Shown piece after piece: positions 26,001 to 41,000 of a DNA stretch of 64,000 nucleotides. Source of the DNA: Fimbriosthenelais zetlandica (Eukaryota); the NCBI GenBank assembly GCA_977030845.1, contig OZ365112.1, positions 6,262,001 to 6,326,000 of the forward strand. The letters run 5' to 3'. Each line of letters begins with the position of its first letter. Position 1 is the stretch's first letter. Both the position numbers and the translations under genes were made by a program. The notes below the pieces were generated by a model, which was given only the letters and a program-made list of their open reading frames with translations, made no database searches and was not told where the DNA came from.

Positions 26001-29000
26001 TACCAGCAATTAAGGGTAATAGAGCGAGACTGTGCCTCGCCCTACTCCTTAATTAGTGAGCAAATCCTACTAAGTGTTCTCATCATTCACACTCATTAAT
26101 CCTAATTTGGTGACACTCTTTCTCTCTCTGTGAACCTGTCTTAAATGTAAATGCACTATTCTAGACAATATGGAAAGAACATATGGGGTCTTCTATAAGT
26201 ATAGTCCTAGAGGTAAAGGTTAGATACTTAAATATGAATGCTTCTTAAAATATATACGAACTTATATTATACGAACTTGTCTTGGATTTTTATACGCTCT
26301 ACTGTTTACATCAAGGTTAATATACCGTATTGTGATAGATTTTAAAGATTTTGTTTCCTTTTTTTTGCCACATGCAAAAAAAAATCATTTTTACATGTAG
26401 GAAGAATATTTCCTCAAAAAACCTAGTGTCTGGCAATGATAGATTGATAGACTCGTTGAGGCCATCAGCCTCAGGATTCAGCTGAATCATCCGTCCATGA
26501 ATCTTCTATCTTCCTCTATCGATCTCCTCCAATGTTATCTTCTTTTCTTTTCTTGTTTAAGCTTTTTTTCCTCCCAGCCTACCTGTGCCTCTTGTCTCTG
26601 CTCCTATCTAGGTTGACGTTGGAGAGGAATTGGAGAGTGATCGCTATCTGATACAAGTGGAGGACCTAAAAGTGGGCCTGCCATCACAAGTACCATCAAC
26701 AACTGGTGGAAGTGGGGGAGGACAGGTAGCAGCAACCCACACCACCGTCCTACCTAACCCACCCAGGTATGTGTAGGCGGTATACACAGTCTCCAATGTC
26801 CTTATGCTACTTCCCAGGCCTGCAATTAAACCCAATGCCCTCTACCACCAAAATGTCTGATCCGCTGGAACTTTTAGATAAAAAATCTAAATCTCATGAC
26901 ATTATGGTTGGTTTGATGTAAAATGAATGTTTTCAATGTGGTGCCAGTCCCTGAATTAATGTGATTTATTTCCCAATTAATCTAAGCAAATGGAGGTTTC
27001 AGTGCTTACAATACAGGGAAATGAGCCATTCACACCGTGAGATGGAATGCAAAAAGTCTTCATTAAGGGAAGTGCATGCATGACCCTTTTCTCCATTCTC
27101 AAAGAAAGAATTATTCTGGTTTCTTTTTTGATGCTTTTTGATTCTCCAAATGAAACAAATTGAAACACTGAGAAAAGATGATGTGATCTCCATTGCATGT
27201 TAACTACATTTCATGTTTCAGGAAATTATTTCTTTAAATTCCTTCACTCTTAAATTTTAAAGAAACTAATTTTGAAGGCTGTCTGTAAGGTTTGGGTGTA
27301 CCATAATTTTTCGCCTTCATATATGTTGCCTGACCTGTCAGCAGTGGGCAAAAGTTATCATGCCAAGAACGGAATGAGTCATTTTCCTTATTACGTTCCA
27401 TTTATGCTCTGCTTAAAAATTGATATTTCAGGCAGTTGCGTGGGCCGGTAGGATTACCAAGACAGAATCCTTCAACATTTCCTGTGAAGAATACATCAGC
27501 CGCCCCCGGACTGAGAATTGGACTTAAACGCAAGAAAAGTGTAGGTCTATGCTTCATTATAGCCCTCCATTTAGGCATTACATAGCAAATATATTTGTAC
27601 CCTGTTCCCATTTCGTAATTTCATGTTCTATTTTGAATATTTGGCGAAAAAATATTGCTATTGAACATTCCTTCCCAGAGTAGCTATCATAAGTTTCCTG
27701 ATGAGATGTCTCATAAGTTTAGAAGCCATATAAATATATGATACTGATTATTACTGAGTGCAGTTACGTCTATTTTCAGTGAAATCTGGAAAAAGCCAAT
27801 ATTCCTTTATTAAAAAGCCATATAGATATACTAATTATGAAGGTAGAATGGGATGCAAATATGTTTATAACAGGCATTATATTATCCAGCAGTGAACTTT
27901 TAAGTTTTCTTCCAAGATTTCCAAACTTTAGAAATCCTGATACATCATTAAATCCCACCATTATTCATAATAAGAGACATAATACGTTGAGAAATGTAAT
28001 CTTAGGATATTTTTTAAAATGTAGAACTTTAATTCTCTGTGTCAGATGTCAGATCTTTTTCAGGTTATCAGAATGAACTCTGAAGTCAAAAACTCCTTTC
28101 TGTCTGTTACAAAAAGTGTGGAATTTATTCCCTTTAGCTTGTGAAGGAATCCGATGTGACTGCTTGTAATGTGTGCCTACATCTTCTCATTCTTTTTTTC
28201 CTCCAGGGTTTTATTCCACCGAGGCAAGTTAAGGCCCCGCGTCAGGAAGAGAAGGAAGAGGAGAGTAGGAAGGAGGATGGAGGGGAGACTGGTCCTATAA
28301 CAGCCCTCCAGGTGTTAGCAGCTCAGAGAACCGCCTCTACTTCCTCCCGGCCAAACACCCATCCACATCCTCAGTTTTCCTCAGATACCCAACTCCTCCA
28401 TAACAGTAAAACTTCTCTCTTCAATATGAATCCTCGCAAACCAACTCCCATCCAGGCTCCCAATAATATCAACCAGCCATCTAATGCCTCCGAGTTGATG
28501 CAACCCAAAGAAAACCCCCAATCATTGACAATACACCCGAGGTCAAGTTCCCCAGTCATAACTCGTGGAGGGGCTGGGAGAAACCTACCACGTTATGTAA
28601 ATAGACAGCCCGGCTCTGGACCCGTAACATATGACCAATACACTGGGATGAATAAATCCGTGGATGAGAATGGCAAAACTGAAAAGAAATATTCACTAGG
28701 AGAAGCACTGGGAAGAAATGGCAAAGGCGATGGCATAGAAAGCTTGGGTCATAATCATCAAAAGTATAAAACAGAGCACAATGAAAATTGCATGCCTGAT
28801 TCATCATATGGACCGGGGCCTCAGGGCCAGGACTCTGGGGATTTCATGTTGTCACAAGACACGCGAAATTCAATGGCCACTTATAATAGAGTTTTATCAA
28901 CAATCAACAAACAGCAAGGCCCTTCTCCTTGGAGTATGGTAGGCAGGAAGAAACTGAACTCAAAAGAAAACCCAGGAAGTAATCACGGAAGAGTAGAATC

Positions 29001-32000
29001 AAAGCAGCAATCTAATAAAGGTCTGACCAAAGTTACCGGAGTTACAGGGGCGTTGAAAACAACCAATTTATCCGGCAGAGAAATGGAATCCGTTGTAAAT
29101 AAAAGTGAATCAACTTTGCCATTGAAAAGGAACACTTCCCAAATTCTTGCTTTATTGGGAGTGGGAAAGGAGAAAGTTCCTTCCTCCCTGGAGTCTACAC
29201 ATCAGTTAGCCTCTGTCAATGGGCAGGATCAGGGTAAATTAGGCTTAAAGGGCATCCAGAATGAACCCAGTCCACGGACAACCATCAAAACCCCTGACCC
29301 TGTCAAAAAGACAGATAATAGCCCGATATCTGACAGGGGAAATTCACCTCGCGATGGAACAAAAAGACAGCTTGGAGAGGAGAGACAGGGCGAGAGATGG
29401 TGTGAATCTTGGCAGAGCAAGGAGGAAATAGATGAGGGAGTAAGTAATGATCAAAAGGAATCTCAAGAAGCAATCTGTAAAAGCGGGACCAGTCCGGGCT
29501 TTGTGAGTAAGCCACGACAATCCAGTATGTATGAGGAGGGTGGATCCAGTTCCCGGAGCCCGATGCCGTTACTGATTAGCACAGAGGACACTGGTGGCCC
29601 AACACGGGCCACTGGTGGCCCAATGCGGGCCTCGCATTATCCTCTAGGCAAATCTTACCATAGGAAAGGTGACTTGAGACGAGTGGTAGATCAAAGCGAT
29701 TCAGCTGCGGGCCCACCTTTGATGGATGATGATATCACGACTGACAAAAGGGGAGGTGTATTGAGTGACGATGTGGGATCTCAGGGCGGAGTCTCGAGGG
29801 TTGGTACCAAGGGGCAAACATTAGTGACACCTTACCATGAAGGCCTCGTTCCCAACAAGGCCGAACCCACAACCTGCCCTGACATGACTGTCAATGAGGA
29901 AGCCTGCTTTGAGATCAGTTTTTCTCCATTGTCTAACACCTCACTGTCTAATGATGATGACAGCAGTGATGAAGACTCTGAGCAAACATCCAGACAGATA
30001 ACTTCAGGCGGAGACTCAGTGCCGACATCACAGTGCCTGCCTCTGTCAACACACGGACCAGGAACAACTCCTGGGTGTAGTGTGGGTACACAAAGGTTCC
30101 CTCATCTTAAAGAAAGTGTCAACACTCGGGAGGAACAGTCAAACAAAAAGAGAGACAAGACAAGCACTGGCTATGGTAATGACACTCCAGATGGGCGGGC
30201 TGACGTGGCAAGTATCAGAACAGCACAATTAAAGCATTCATCAAACAGAGGGCCTTTGCAATGTCGTGCTTTACAAGCCCTCTCTACATCTGATGCTTCC
30301 CAACATGAAAGCTTGTGTATGACAGAGGTTAACCGTAGTGGGAATCAGCAAGGTTCTGCCCCGACTACCTCACCACCCAAAGTATCCACTTCTAAGGATA
30401 CATCAGAATGTATCACCATGGGTCTTTCAGATGAGCAGACCATGGATAAACGAGGAAAAAAGGGCAGTAATTGCATGGAGGTTTTGGCTGGTGTATGCAT
30501 GCATGAGCCACAACCAGAGGGATTTGATGCTGAGAGCAGCCCAGCAGGGCATCAGATTAATGTGAGGGGTGACCCAGTGGGGCGTGAAGATGGCGGCCAT
30601 GCACTGACAAGGGGCAATGTGAGAAATGTCAGGCAAGGGACCAAGCAACTACCATTACCTCAAACGCCACTGACCAACATGCCCTCCTCTGTTGGTGCAC
30701 CAGTTAAGGGCAAGCCAAACACTAAGCAGTTGAATTTGAGCCCTGTAATAAGTATGACAGTTATGGATGTCATGGAGGGTAAAAGGGGAAGCCAGGCTGG
30801 GGAAGCTATTGATGGGGATGACAGGTCAAATAAGGATGGAAAGCTGGGGGAGTCAGGAGGCAAAGGTGATAGGAGAGAACACCGTAGGTGGCTTCAGACC
30901 CCAGCGGTAAGCGCTCTGGTAGACAGCCAAGCGGCACAAACTGGGAGCAATAGATTAGAGGGGAATGACAGTATTTCAAATGGACAACAAGAGGGAGTAA
31001 ACTCAGCTGCACTCTCTACCATTCATGCTGATTGTGACATGCAAAACCATAAGTACCAGATTTCTCTCTCAATAGTTGATGTAGCAACCACTGGTATTAT
31101 GGGCGGACTTATAGAAATGGATTCATGGAGAATAAGAGAAAAAGTAAGTGAAATGGAAGGAAGAGCAGAAGCAGGATCAGAAGAAGCCAATATTTTAGTC
31201 TTAAGACAGATTTCTGGAAGCACAGAGAAAAAAATTGATGAGAAAAGTGATGGAAACCATACGGGTAATGTAAGGCATCTTGTCCACTGTCAAAAGTGGT
31301 GTAATGAAGAACTGACAGGGTCAAAGAGCACCCCCGAGGCCATGTCTGACAAGGACCTTGATAAAAATGATCATTTGATGGACCATTCCCCGCCTGGTCC
31401 ACTGACACCACCCATTACGTCAGCCCCATCCCCACCAACACGCCACAAAAACACCCCAAATAATGAACAATCCCCGCAAACTTCTGTCAGTCCAGTTTCC
31501 ACTCTCTGTGATGAAATTACTGGTTCCCATCCCAGTCAGAGATCTGAAATCATAAAATCATCTTTGATTAATGCACCCCAGCTTAGAGGAGAGGGAGACA
31601 TGGGAGGAGGCAGTGTGGAAGGTGGCATTCCCCTGGAGGACACCTCTGAAGCTTTCTCAGCTTCTCAGACCTGGTCCAATTCACAACCCAAAGGCTTAAA
31701 TAAAGAAGATAACGAGATGAAAGCTTATGAGGCAGGAACAAGCACTTCTCAAGTGTCCATGAGCGACTCGCAATGGTCAAAACAGAGCGGAAGCAGTGTG
31801 AAAATGGCTCTCAATGATTTGGAATTCAGCCCAGAGATTCCAATTACTTTCGTTAGGGCTTACATCCCAGTTTCTTCTTCTGGTTCTTTAGGAATACACT
31901 CAGAAGGAGACGCTCGAGCTGGCATGGGGAATGATGATGTCACATACGTTTACCCAAACACTTCATCAGACGTCCAGCAGACCATTGCTGCTTCTTATTC

Positions 32001-35000
32001 AGATTCCTCCCATTCTTCTACTCATCTGCCTCAAAACTTCCATTCAAAACTTGCAGGCTGCTCCGAGGACAAGGACACATTTAATGGGTGTTTTGATGAC
32101 TCTGCCGCCATAAATAATAATGATAATGCACCCAGGCCCGAGGGGACGGAAGGAAATAAAAGGAAAAGAACGATGGACAGTCTTGTCTCGGGGAAAGTAG
32201 AAATGCGCAGAAATAATGTCTGCTCCCTTGCTGATCAAGAATTAGACTCAGAAGTGGAGGGAGATAACAATAATAAGACCTTATCGGAGCCTGGCTTTTT
32301 CCTGAATAATGGCCAGCAGAAGGAGGGAGCCAACGAACAGGAGGACAATCTAGCTTTGACTGATAATAACCCTGGATCTGTCAGTGGCAACTCTCCAAGC
32401 TACGCTGCCCTTTCAACTCAATCATCTGTCAGTTCCACTGAGCCTATATTCTGTCACGATAAAACAAATGAAATCTCTCAGACTTATGTTCAAAGCCAGT
32501 CCCCAGACACAATAAAAAGTGATGAACTGCCACACAATGGAGGACCCCTTCCCTCTCCCTCGTGCCTCTGTGATGACTCTTTTCTCGGTTCCATCCCTGA
32601 TGTGTCCTTCTCGTTTGAATACCACCACCAAGACAGGCAAAACAATGACCTGCCAACTTCTTTCAAGAGTATAAAACCAGGAAAAATCACTGAGGAAAGA
32701 GTAACGGGAGCTGAAAGGCAGAAAATGAGTTTACAGGAGTGTGTGGGGCCTTACTTTTATGAGAGGAAAAGAGGGGGAGAGGAAGGAGGAAGGGGAGAAA
32801 GAAGTGGGGAGCCAGAAGGGGTCATCACTCTACCAATTGCCTCTACACCTTCCCACTTTCAACCTGACCGCAGGCTAGGTCTAGCCAGTGGTGGTATGCT
32901 GACAGCGGCCAAGGGCGCTACACTTGATCCTCATTCTGCCCTGCTTGCCAAGAAGAAAAAACCTCTTGACAACATTTTTAATTCGCTGGGACCAGCAGCC
33001 CAAGGGAAAGGTGAGATTGTTACCCGAGCCTCCACACCCACGACTGCTCCCGTGGTCTGATTTAAACTGGCTCCTCCTCCTTTTCTTTTTGATGAGTTGA
33101 AGAATATTAGTTTTGTCACTTAATTCGAAGAAAAGAAATTTTCCATTTTATTAAACTGTGGGAGAAAAAATACCTTTCACAGCTTCAATCAATGATTCTT
33201 TCTTAGAGAAAAAGCCAAGGAATGATTGAATTAACAGATGAGGTGTTAAGATCAGTATCGGATGTGTGCTATTCCCCGAATCTAATCTTGTCTGCTTTCG
33301 TATAATACAGTAGTAAAAGTTCAGTAAGCTATTGGACTCTAAAGAGGCAGAAAAGCAGACCTATTGTTTAAATTCCCTTTACGTGTTAAGGCAGTTTACC
33401 TTGTTAAGTTTTGCTCTAGCCACTGATCTCCTCCTTTGCCAAGCTAACTCCCCCATCGCATGCTCTCCCCCAATACTCCACCAACTAGGAGGTGTGTATA
33501 TTCGAATGTCTACAGCATTGCCTTTAGCATTTTTTTCCTCCAATAAGCACTACTATACCCAGTTGGGATATTCCAGTGTTGGAGTCACTTTATCAATATT
33601 TAATGTCTGGATCTAGCTGCCACTACTTCTGCATCCCCAATTGCTTCTTTTATTGGACACAACATGTGAAGTACACCTTAGATGTGGTCTTGGTGGAATG
33701 GTGAATCTTGTCTTTTGGAAGTTTACCATCAGATCCCGATCTTTTAGTGATGTTTTATTTAAAAACAAATCCCTTTCTTTTAGGATCAGTTTGGCATACC
33801 TCTTCCTGTAGACTTTCCTTGCATTTTTCAGTAGCCAACTTTGTTTCAATCTAAGTCATGTTCAGAATCGCAATCCACGTGTTCTAAAATGTGTGACTAA
33901 GTAGGCACGGCAGTCTCTCCTTTGTTCTGGAACTATTCCTCCAAGTCCTCAACTCTTAATTAAAACTTCACCAACCTCGAACAAGGCAAAGTTAATTCTT
34001 ATTTGAAGTTCCTTCAGTGTAGCTAACTCTTGTTATTAGGCCTTGACTCGCCTTCTACTCTATTGATAGGACCGACAAACAAGGTATTCTCATGAAACAA
34101 GACGTTGATGGTGTAGTTAGTGGTTTGTTTTTCACTTGTAACTTGCTTAGCTTTCCTTTCTTTCCTTTCAGTTAGCGTGTCAGGCGGAGTGAGAGAGAGT
34201 CGCCTGATTGGACTGAGTGAGCCGGCTTGTCGTCTCAGGGTCTTGCCCGCGGAACAAAGTTTGTCGCAACACAAATACAGGCGGGAGGATGGAGTGATTA
34301 ATGTTGGAGGATCTCCAGCTAATTGTTGTGGGAGGTTGAGTGGGGCAGGCTCAGAGCAGCCCCCTCCAGCGGTAGAGATGTCACCTATTTCACGGCTCCT
34401 GGCTGCTTTCACTGGGCGAGAGAACCCAGGCCAGCTGACTACTTCACAGGCTCAATCAATAGATGGGGAAGGACCTGCAGGACATTCATCCCATCATCCT
34501 CATCAAGTATACCATTCTTACCACTACTCAACTATTTATGTCACAGATACGTTAATCCCAATGCTCATTCAGCCCAAATAATGTTTGCAAAGTGATAGAA
34601 GTAGCTATTTAAATACCATATCAATATTCGTGATTCACACTAATATTTAAAGAAATGAATTGTCAAAAAGAATAATTATGAAATCAAACTCAAATTGCCC
34701 ATTGAATTATTTCCATATTTATTTATCCAAATCAAATTTGAAATTTTGATTGATCAATAATTTTGTACTTTTATTTTATGCGCTACTGAAGATTGGCTCA
34801 AAACTGGACTCATATGTGATGAGTGGAACTCAAGTGAGTGGGACAGCTCGCAGGTCGACTTCCAACAACTCATCAACTCCTAAACTGAACTCTCAGAAAA
34901 CGAGAGACGCTCAACTTACCCCATCTACTCCTGGTAAGCAAAACTATTCTAGTCGATAAAAAATCCCTATTGTAGGCCCCACCCCTAAGTTGATAGATGA

Positions 35001-38000
35001 AGAAAATCTGGTGAAGTCATACTCTGTTAGGCTGGGCGTGATATGGGAGCGAAGTATGGGAAGATTAATTAGTAGCTTTAAAGTCCTAACAAGCGCTGAC
35101 TTTGGATTCTTCATTGTAGATTACACTCTTGAAATCACATGGTTAGAAGCTATGGAAATGTCGCTTTAGAGTAAGTTTGCTATTGATTATGTTGCATTCA
35201 GCTCGCTTGTGCTTTTTTCTATTCAGGTGGAGAATAGAATCTTTCCTAGAGAGACTGCGTGTAATTTCCAATAATGTCCTGTGAATGTGTCGGGGGAAAT
35301 TAATTGGTATCCTAATGAACGTGCCTTTGTTAGAGGCTATTGATTCTAAAAGTGAAATTGTTGTTTTAGTCGATGCAGACCCATTGAGAAAGACTAAACG
35401 ACGGGCGGATATTAGCATCTATTCATATGACACACAATAGAGCAGTTAGAGCTACACCGATTGCTCTGAATACGAGCTAGTTGAAATAGGAGACTCACTT
35501 TCATGGCTTAACGATGGATTTAGCTTAGAGTTGTCCTTTACCATGTGTGGATTGACAAAGTATTTCCTACTTTTTAGTCAGAGTTTGAACTGAGATAGGT
35601 AAATGCTTCCATGTGTGCTGACCCTGCAAATCAGGGATGATTCTATTTGGGGGTATTCATATGTTATTTGTGCTACTTTGGAGGGGATGTGAGGAACCCA
35701 TTGAAATAGGCTGGGTCGCCTGCTCCAAGCTTGGTTTGGTGTGAATAGAAGATTTTCCTTCTGTCCGCTCCCCTCCTCATACCATCTCAACACAAAGTAG
35801 CTCATGGAATATAAGAACGAGGGAGCAGGGGATGGGAATCTCTATATATAACATCCTCAAAGCCCACATACACTAAACCAAAAATATACTCAATTTCTAA
35901 ATCCTGTACTCCACTGCTGCGATTTTGCCTGCGACACTGATGCGACAAAGGTTATGCTTTTGTCGAAATGGAATTATTATATTTTGGTCCAAGTGTCCAA
36001 TGTCTTAAGGCTTTCCTCCACTGGTACACTTTTCATTGCCTCACAAACATCACCTTTGTCGCAGTGCCAGTAGTGTTGGAATCCAAATCGCCACTGTGGA
36101 GTATGGCTTTAAAGAAAAGTGTATAAGGTAATAAATCCTATCGCATGATACTTTTATGCTGGCTATATTTTGTAGAAATACCAAATAATCCTTTTGCCAA
36201 ATTCAACAGTATTCGATCGAGGCAAAAGAAAATTTGAAAAAATGCATGAGTGGATCCTTGGTTATATTCCTCCATTCTCTTGCATGGCAAGGCCTTTGGT
36301 TGTATGTCTAGCGCTATGTGTGTGACCTTAAAGGGCAGGGAACATATGAAACTGTCACCTACATTGACGAAGGGTGCTTTTCTGTCCTGCCTTTTCTTCC
36401 TTTCAGAATACATAAACGGTGCAGTGGCTTCCTTCATATCCGGCCTCTATAGGTTGTTTGATGGGAGCGTATTTTTCTAGATGTGAGGACCCGAAGCCTC
36501 CATTTATCAGATCTGATAAAGAATTAATGTGGGTCATGTATTAATATATGGTACTCTTATTATACCCATTCACTTTGCTTCTATCTCTGTCCATACACTT
36601 AAGGGTGAAAGGAATTACCTTGCAATTATGAATGCCTTTCTCTATTCGCATAATATAAAAGCAATTCTTGGGATAAGAGCAAGAGGAGTTTGGAAGCCTT
36701 CAGTTCTGTTGAACGACTGCCCATGTTTTTGGCTACAGTTTTAATGTTGATTTGCTGAAGGAATTCCTTGATAAAGGTCATTTTTTCCCATCAAAAAGAA
36801 TCTTGACAGAAGACAAAATATTCATCAATGTTATCTCTGGTAGCTTGTTGATAAAACAGCAGGAGTCACTAAAGATTATTTTCCAAGTCTGTATACTCAA
36901 TACAATGTCAGTTTTTGCTCACCTTTACTGCGTCTGGATGAGAATTCAAGGTCTTAACCTAACCTTTTCTGTTTGGCTGAATTCTTTCATCAATTTCTTA
37001 TAGGTGACGTGATGGAATAAGCTCCAGTGTCTTTCTTTGATCTGGTATGGCCTAGTTTTTCTTGGAGGGAGACATGTTTTTCTCATTCCATTGTTATCAA
37101 ACGGTACTTTTAAATGAATCGTGATTGTCCTGTTAGATTATCATCTTAAGATTGTTTCTGTTGAAGATGAATTTGTCTTGAGATAAAACATCATATTGGC
37201 GATCGGATCAGCATGTGCTTGGCTCACTCTTGCCTGGAGAAAAATCCAATTACTGGAGATTTGAGGAGGGCAAAAATATCTAGTCACATTTGGAGGCCTC
37301 TTGTCATGTTTCCACTAAAAATGAAAAACGATTCCAATTGTGGGGGAGACACTTATCGTTCTACTTGAATTGCGAACTTGTGATGTGACTCTTCAATTTA
37401 ATATAGTGTCATGATATTAATGGGAAGGATCTACATGACCGAAATATCTTTCTATACCTGGAAGTGATCTAGAGAGACTCTTGAGAGAAACTAATTTAGT
37501 TTGCTGCTCACATTGAAGTCATGGTGAAGTTGAGAAAGAAACCTGAACCTTGTTGAACTAAGTTAGTTAGCAGACCATGCTGTGGTTATATTGGTAGAGA
37601 AAGCAGCCTACCTCATAATGCTTTCAACAGCCAGAGATTGTAGGCAGGTCAGAGGCCGGCCATGCTTACTGATTCAAGGGGCGGATTCAGGTGGGGGAAG
37701 AAGAAACCATTGTCAGCTTGATAAAATTAAAGGGGCTTTCCACTGTAACCAATGGGCCATAGAAACTCTGGCTATTCAGCAAGAAGCCAATTGGCTTCCC
37801 ATGTGGCTTCCCCTAGCGAAATGTCACCGGGCTGCATTTACTGTCTGTTTTGATGAAGCAATGGCGGAAGCAGTGCTCCGGCGACACCAAAATCCAATAG
37901 AAGAGCTAATGGTGTTCTATTGTAACTCTAGGAGTTGGTTTTAGGGTGGGGCATATGGGGCCTGGGCAGAAACTCCCTTTGACGATAACGCCTCTGTGCT

Positions 38001-41000
38001 TTGCTTAATACACTTTGGTTATGTTGGAAACGCCTGAACCAAGGCCAGGTACGCAAGTCTAAGCTCGTTTCCGGGCGTCTCACAGGGCCAGGAATTGAGA
38101 CCATTGCACACTAGCAGCAGACAAAAGCCCTTTGTGATCCTGGGCTCTCTTTCTTCTAACTTCATCAACTCCTCTGGTGATTTTTCAAAGCATTTTCCGG
38201 CCTGAATAATAGCCGTCAAAATGTAAATTCAATTTCCAAGCCAGCCATTGCCCAAGATTCAACCTAGATGTTGTCAGGTTTCTTTTGTGAGGTTTTCCTT
38301 GATTGCTCTCCATCCATCCCTCTCTTTCCTCCTTATTTTTTCCTCTTAAAACACGCCCTTCCCATATTGGTTTTCTCCAGTTTCATCTTTTAATTTTAAA
38401 TTGAGATCCTTTCACTCGTTTAATTGCATTCTTAATGGACAAACACAATAACGGTGATGTGAAATGTGAGTCGACCAGGTTTTGCCAAATCTTACCGATC
38501 TCACCTCCTTCACTTACAACCATGAAGACAAAATGTATTTTCTTCAGAGACACTTTAATTTGAATTGACTCCGGTTTCATATCCTACCCTCCTAAACTTG
38601 GTTTTAAGTCAAAATTTCATTTTATTTTAAGTGTCTCTTTAGAAATACACATATCTGAGCCCCATTTTCATTTGTGCCAAGCTTTCCATGCCTTTCATAA
38701 TGTTTAAGAAAATACTGATCACTCTGGAAATACAAGACCAGTTAATGACAAGCATTTTCATTCATTACGAGTTACACTTTTATTGATTAAATATGACAGA
38801 AATGTTATTGATGCTGTCAAAATGGGGCACCCATTTTTGGTCCCTTCTCATTGACCCTTCTTGTCTCTGATTATTCCCCTACGCCCTTCAGTATAGATAT
38901 TCTGAATCTGAGTGTGAGCGAACCTGTATTAGAATAGCACAGAAGGTTAATTGAAAAAATAAGAGGACACAAACAGGAAGGGTTAGAAAGAGAGGGAGAG
39001 AAGACAAGGGATACAGGGAGAAAGCATATTCCTTCAATTATTAATGGTCGAGTCATTAGGTCTAAGGCTTCTCAGTTTTCTAATTAACTCTGGCGTGCAA
39101 ATGTCAGTAACTGCTTGACATTTGGCCGGGGAAACACGTTGTTTATTCAAGACAAATCAGTGGCCGTAGCCTGGAGCTGTTTCTCACTTCACTATTAAGT
39201 TGAGTACTGTTTACCCGTGTGGCCTTCACTATTTTACTAATGAGGCGCACTCTAATGACCCCTACTTTACCTTGGTATATATGGACCTACCAAGAAATAT
39301 ATTCATCAAATTTGTTTTTCGCTCTCATGTATAGACCTAGAAAAACACTATTATGTCAGCAAGGAAAATTACTTGTTCACAATGTGAGGATTCAAAGTGA
39401 GATTTTTCAGTAACATTTTTTTGTATGCATTATCGCGATGTGTTGCCCAATTGTATGATTGTATTGTTCAGTCTGAGGCCCTCAGGCTATGTCACGTTGA
39501 TGGGTACTGAATTCCTAGAAGAATCAACCAGTGCCATCCTTTTGTTACCTATCATGCTTTTGTGCAAGGACCTAATTATGTTACTTTGAGAGCACGTAGC
39601 AAGGAACAAATTCAATCAACCCAAAAATGTTGAAAGCGCACTGGGGGAAAAATGCACCCACTTTCACAATTTCACTCTAAAAGGAGTCTCAATGGTGGTG
39701 TTGGCTTGGCATTTACTGACCTGAATTTTATTTCATGAGTGCAACTTGCAACCTAATAGATTTTACAATGGATGTTTGCAATGGCATGTCTTTGCATTTT
39801 TTGTATCCAGTGGGTCGATTTCTGGGGCATTTTCATCTTGACAAATATTCTACACCTTATGAAAAGTAACAGGATATGAGTTTTAGATAGGTACTTTAAT
39901 AAATATTGCAAACGTCAATGCACTACCGTCCTTTTGAAATTTTACACGACTGTGTCTTTTTTCTCCGGTTGCTTATTTGTCCCCATTTTCATCTGACATC
40001 AACAATATTCTTAAAATATTTCATCTTTTTTTATCATTTTTCAGATGTCACTTCATTGGAAGATGGTGAGAAGAGCCTGTACATGTATGAAATCCCGGGT
40101 TACTATAAATACAATCGTCAGCAAAAATCCTTCAATGGAGAGAACCCGTTTCTCTTTAACCCCGTTGGTGCAGGACTTGCAGATGAACCAGCCCTGCGTG
40201 AGAGAAATGAATTAACACAGGTAATCAATCCCCCTGTAGATCTAACGATACCTTAGGGTCCCACCTCCAGTTTCTAATTAAGCACCTTTGGCCTTGGGTT
40301 TGGGATTAGGGGACCCTACCCATTTATTACTTAATCAATAGAGAAGAAATAAAATATTAAAATAGAAGTGTCATGTACATGTATTTAATTAAAAGTTGAA
40401 AATTTTTTCTGTCGGTTGAGGGTAAACTGTATTCATGGTAAGTTTACTTAATTAACTTATAAATCAGGTGTAAAGTAAGTAGCGGTTTAGCTGTTTTTTT
40501 TTACTTTTGAAAATTTTTATTTCATGCCTTCCAACCATTCAGAACTAAACTACCTCGCCCAAGGATTGAATTACTGAAAGGATAATTCCCAACACACGAC
40601 ATGCAACTCTAAATAATGATTTTCTGTCTTGAATTGTATCTTACTCGAGACTAGGTATAATATCCATATTCCTTTTTGGTCATATCCTGGATAATAAAGA
40701 TTTAGTTTGTATAAGAAACAAATATATGAACTATAATATTATATCAACCAATATCGTCTACATAGACAGTAGTTGTTGCCAGCTAATTTGAATTGAAATT
40801 GATTGTTGCCAGCCAGTTTGATTTGAAATTGAAAAGTGCTGACTCTATTAAATGTTATGTTATGGTAATGTTGCTTCATCTTGCTTACAGAAAAATATAA
40901 AAGTTAATTATTAGGGGAGAGATTTCTTTCGTGAAATAAGATGTCCACGGCGGCAGTACTTTTCTGAGTTTTTGATAGAAGAGGCAATATTTTGCTCAGT

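Noticed and set aside
28371-33119. Many 60-100 aa ORFs antisense or out of frame within the giant exon
   Set aside because: Expected shadows of a long coding exon; no recognisable domains.
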